Assembly: GCA_017656425.1 (NCBI GenBank)
Contig: JACDNV010000006.1
Location: 42,542-106,541 of the forward strand
Origin: Fidelibacterota bacterium
Lineage (GTDB): Bacteria > Fidelibacterota > UBA2242 > B5-G15
Length of the DNA stretch: 64,000 nucleotides
Direction: 5' to 3'
Shown: positions 60,692 through 64,000 of the stretch, piece by piece
Numbering within the stretch: the first letter of the stretch is position 1
Layout: the number at the start of each line of letters is the position of its first letter
Notes under the pieces: model-generated
Seen by the model: the letters and a program-made list of their open reading frames with translations, nothing else
What the model was told of the DNA's origin: nothing
Database searches by the model: none
Translations under genes and position numbers: made by a program

Positions 60692-62806
60692 TCAATTAAA
60701 ATCTGGCACAGGTATTTTACTGAATTTACTAAAATATTCCAGACAGGTATCCCTCCAGAGCTTTGCGTCCTCATACTGGATTCGAAGTTTCTTGTTAACG
60801 TGATTCCAGATTTCAGGATCTATATCATTCTTTAACTTTTGCCATTCTTTTTTCATCCATTTTACGTATTCAACACCACTATTATACTTAAAACACATCT
60901 CTTCCCACAGTGTTCGTCCAGACTTCATTTTATATCTCCACGGTACTTGATGAAACCATAGTAGATATTTTTCAGGACACGTTTCTATATTATCAAAAAT
61001 TTCACTTAGTGGCGGGCAATACTGGCTTACTGCATTACTTCCGGTTGAGGATCTGTTATATCCAATACCGATAGAATCTGCTCGATGATAATATACAGAT
61101 GTCCAATCAATCCTTGGCTCATTAGCATTTCCAGGATCTACACCGTAATGTGAACCAGATTCCATCAAATGGTGAAGCCCTAATGGATGTCTGTAATTAA
61201 CGAGTGCCTCCCACGAGCCTAACATCATCTTTTTTATTCTCTCTTTTACATATTCATTTTTCGTTAAAGTTAATGTTATCCATTCATCTGCTATTTTTTT
61301 AGGTTTTAAAGTATGGTCCCAGGCTAATCTTCCAAAAGCATACCAGTTTGCTTGAGCAAATATATAACCACACCAGTTTGAATCATTACCTATATTGGAA
61401 ACGCCAGCAATCCCTGTCATATGGTAATTATAAACCGAACCATCTATAACTCTTGCAAGTGTTGTACCTTTACCCTCACAATACAGATCAAAATCAAGAT
61501 ATTCTCTCCACATACTCGCAAGGAAAACCAGATGGTTTGAATGACCTAAATATTCTTGCGTAATTTGTAGCTCAAGCATCAATGGTGTATTTGGCATTGC
61601 TCCGAAAAGCGGATGAACCGGTTCACGAGGCTGAAAATCAAGAGGCCCATTCTTAACCTGAATAAAAACATTTTTTAGAAACTTCCCATCTAAAGGTACA
61701 AACTCTTTATAAGCCCTTTTTACCCTATCTGGATCAGTCTCTGGATTGTATACGAAAGCCCTCCACATAACAATACCACCATATGGTTTAAGGGTTTCTG
61801 CCAGCATATTCGCACCATCAGCGTGTGATCTTCCATAGTCCAAGGGACCGGGCATCCCTTCTGAATTAGCTTTTACTAAAAACCCACCGAAATCAGGGAT
61901 TAATTCATAAATTTCAGCAATCTTCTTTTTCCACCACTTTCTCACTTCAGGTTCAAAAGGGTCAGCTGTATCAAGATTACCAATACCACCATTTTTCAAC
62001 GGGGAAGCAAAATTTACAGAAAGAAAAACCCGTATTCCATAGGGACGAAAAATTTCTGCAAGTTTAGCAATTTTTATCAAATAATCTCTTATCAAAATTT
62101 TCGGGGTTGCATTCACATTATTCAAAACTGTGCCATTGATCCCAATAGATGCATTAGCTCTGGCATAATCATAATAGCGTTTATCAATTTTCTCTGGTAA
62201 TTCATGCCATTTCCAGATTGATTTACCTGCATAACCTCGCTCAACAGTTCCATCAAGATTATCCCAGTGATTAAGTAATCTATATTTTATCTTAGGTATT
62301 GACACTATGTCCAATTCTTTGATACTCTTTTCCATTTGTATATGTCTGATGAACCAGAAAGAGCCATATAAACATGCTATGTCAGTATTTCCAGATATTA
62401 ATATAATCTGCCTGTCAGGAAGATTAATATTCCTTATAATAAAGTCTTCATCACCAAGATTATTAAAGATGTGCTTTAGCCCTGAAACAATATCTGAACC
62501 AACATCCGAGAATTTAGCTACAACAAGGCATTTGTCTGTTATATGATCCGTATTAAGTATGCTTTCTCCTAACAGACCACGGATTGCATCTCCTATTTCT
62601 CTTTTTATTATTTCTTGCGTTTCAGAATTTCCAAATACGACAAAACTTTTAATAGCATCCTTATATTCTTTTAATATTTTTTTATTAGCCAATGGTCTAT
62701 ATTTTAGCCAGAGCTCATATCCATCATCTGCAAGCAAAATAGACATACCTAATACTGTATGTATTAATAATATACACAGCGTACACAGTTTATTTTTAAA
62801 TTTCAT
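60692..62806 (-). CDS. aguA: Alpha-glucuronidase (GH67)
   Basis: DGYELWL.Y, LNHWDNLDGTVERGYAG, VKANSEG.PGP, KNGPLDFQPREP, ELQITQEYLG. Confidence 0.95.
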   Translation of the reverse strand: MKFKNKLCTLCILLIHTVLGMSILLADDGYELWLKYRPLANKKILKEYKDAIKSFVVFGNSETQEIIKREIGDAIRGLLGESILNTDHITDKCLVVAKFSDVGSDIVSGLKHIFNNLGDEDFIIRNINLPDRQIILISGNTDIACLYGSFWFIRHIQMEKSIKELDIVSIPKIKYRLLNHWDNLDGTVERGYAGKSIWKWHELPEKIDKRYYDYARANASIGINGTVLNNVNATPKILIRDYLIKIAKLAEIFRPYGIRVFLSVNFASPLKNGGIGNLDTADPFEPEVRKWWKKKIAEIYELIPDFGGFLVKANSEGMPGPLDYGRSHADGANMLAETLKPYGGIVMWRAFVYNPETDPDRVKRAYKEFVPLDGKFLKNVFIQVKNGPLDFQPREPVHPLFGAMPNTPLMLELQITQEYLGHSNHLVFLASMWREYLDFDLYCEGKGTTLARVIDGSVYNYHMTGIAGVSNIGNDSNWCGYIFAQANWYAFGRLAWDHTLKPKKIADEWITLTLTKNEYVKERIKKMMLGSWEALVNYRHPLGLHHLMESGSHYGVDPGNANEPRIDWTSVYYHRADSIGIGYNRSSTGSNAVSQYCPPLSEIFDNIETCPEKYLLWFHQVPWRYKMKSGRTLWEEMCFKYNSGVEYVKWMKKEWQKLKNDIDPEIWNHVNKKLRIQYEDAKLWRDTCLEYFSKFSKIPVPDFN

Positions 62807-62815
62807 GTATATTGC

Positions 62816-64000
62816 CTACTTCATTAAGTTCTTTATAAAATTTCTCAAATCGTCAGAACTGATTTTAGTCACCCCTTTGTTTTTCTGTATGTCCTTTATA
62901 TGCTGTAATATAATATGAGTAAAAACTGCACCAGGTCTCGGATAAGCTGCAACGATATAGTGTGGTCTGGGTTCTGATTCACCTTCCTCTAACTCCAGTT
63001 CAGCCCTTACATTATCAGGCGATATCAACGAATTACCATATCCAAAAATTAATTTATCCATTTTCTTATAAACCGCTTTGCTTTCCTCAGCCATACCGTA
63101 ATAATCGAGTAACTCTGCAAAAACGTAATTTGAGGTAGTATACACATCTTGACCCTGCTCTGATTCCACCTGACTACCATCTTCTGTCCTACACATTGCC
63201 CATCCCATTAGGGTTTCATTATTTTCAAAAATTGTTTTTAAAATCTTTTTTATCCTGTCTTCAGGTATAAAAGACTCCTCTCCTATGGAAATTAGAAACC
63301 AAACAGCGTCCAGTTGATTAAGCCAAACATCGGTATTCATTTCTCCTGTCTTCGTATCATAACAGGTAACATAATACTGGAGATCGATCCCGTTTTTATT
63401 CTTCTTTTCCCTCCACAATTTTTCAAACTGTTCTGAGGCTTTTTTAAAACTTTCTTCATATTCTTTTTTTGCTTCGAGATCATTCATCATATCAGCCATA
63501 ATACTCATGGCACGACAACCAGCCATAAAAATAGTGGCATCATAGGCATCAACACCAAACAAAGGAAGATTATCAAAGGTATTTTTCACCTCACCCGGGT
63601 TTCCTTCTGGTATACCATCACCATCATGATCTAATGACCTCAAATATTCAAAACCAAGTTTTAATGTCGACCAATTTTTCCGCAGAAAATCCAAATCCCC
63701 AAGAAATTTTACATTTCTTAGAACTCTTGTTGCAAGCTTCGGGAATAGATCAACCCAATAATTATTATTATACCAAGCATATTCGCTAACATTACGGAGA
63801 GGATGACCTTTTGGCATAGCACCAAGATCGTGATATACTGAACCCTTTATTTTAACTTTATCCCTAATCTGTGTCAAGGAAATACTTTCATATTCTTCAG
63901 GATGCTCCTCGAAATGCTTTCTTGCTTCAACAAAAGAGGCATGATAATGATAAAATCTTAAATTATTATCTTCATCCAGTATTGAATTTATAAACTGCTG
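62816..64000 (-). CDS. GH116-family glycoside hydrolase, C-terminal part (gene runs off the window)
   Basis: HDLG....HP, WVDL.PK, D.DGDGIPE, NTFD...L.G..AY, YPRP. Confidence 0.7.
   Translation of the reverse strand, partial: QQFINSILDEDNNLRFYHYHASFVEARKHFEEHPEEYESISLTQIRDKVKIKGSVYHDLGAMPKGHPLRNVSEYAWYNNNYWVDLFPKLATRVLRNVKFLGDLDFLRKNWSTLKLGFEYLRSLDHDGDGIPEGNPGEVKNTFDNLPLFGVDAYDATIFMAGCRAMSIMADMMNDLEAKKEYEESFKKASEQFEKLWREKKNKNGIDLQYYVTCYDTKTGEMNTDVWLNQLDAVWFLISIGEESFIPEDRIKKILKTIFENNETLMGWAMCRTEDGSQVESEQGQDVYTTSNYVFAELLDYYGMAEESKAVYKKMDKLIFGYGNSLISPDNVRAELELEEGESEPRPHYIVAAYPRPGAVFTHIILQHIKDIQKNKGVTKISSDDLRNFIKNLMK

Noticed and set aside
517..62918. Numerous short antisense or overlapping ORFs in the ORF track (e.g. 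2056-2397, 4171-4539, 35759-36151)
   Set aside because: They are shadows of well-supported genes on the opposite strand or frame, with no motifs or RBS.

Overview
This is an AT-rich bacterial window with two parts. The many T9SS/Por-type C-terminal domains, SusD-less TonB receptors and sigma70-type promoters suggest a non-Bacteroidota FCB-group lineage; that assignment is inference. The first 15 kb is accessory. An AbiEi/AbiEii type IV toxin-antitoxin pair precedes a liv-type ABC transporter operon that is interrupted by a four-helix-bundle (TIGR02436/Avd-like) gene. Four gene starts in this operon are preceded by (GAGTT-NNN)n tracts, and each is matched by a reverse-complement (AACTC-NNN)n tract inside the following coding sequence. 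This is the most unusual signal in the window. Next come an IS remnant and an integrase-less integron (candidate Pc and attI, six attC sites, seven cassettes enriched in defence-like domains), then a BsaWI-family restriction-modification operon with two methyltransferases. The remainder holds housekeeping genes, a GT2 + BshB1-like + BshC-like cluster, and a large pectin/xylan utilisation region: PL1, eda, xylA, xylB, GH51, GH12, GH9, GH10, GH127, GH67, GH116, two TonB receptor + T9SS-cargo pairs, and a URO-D/MtaA-family protein next to the alpha-glucuronidase. All family calls come from motif recognition by eye; no database search was run.
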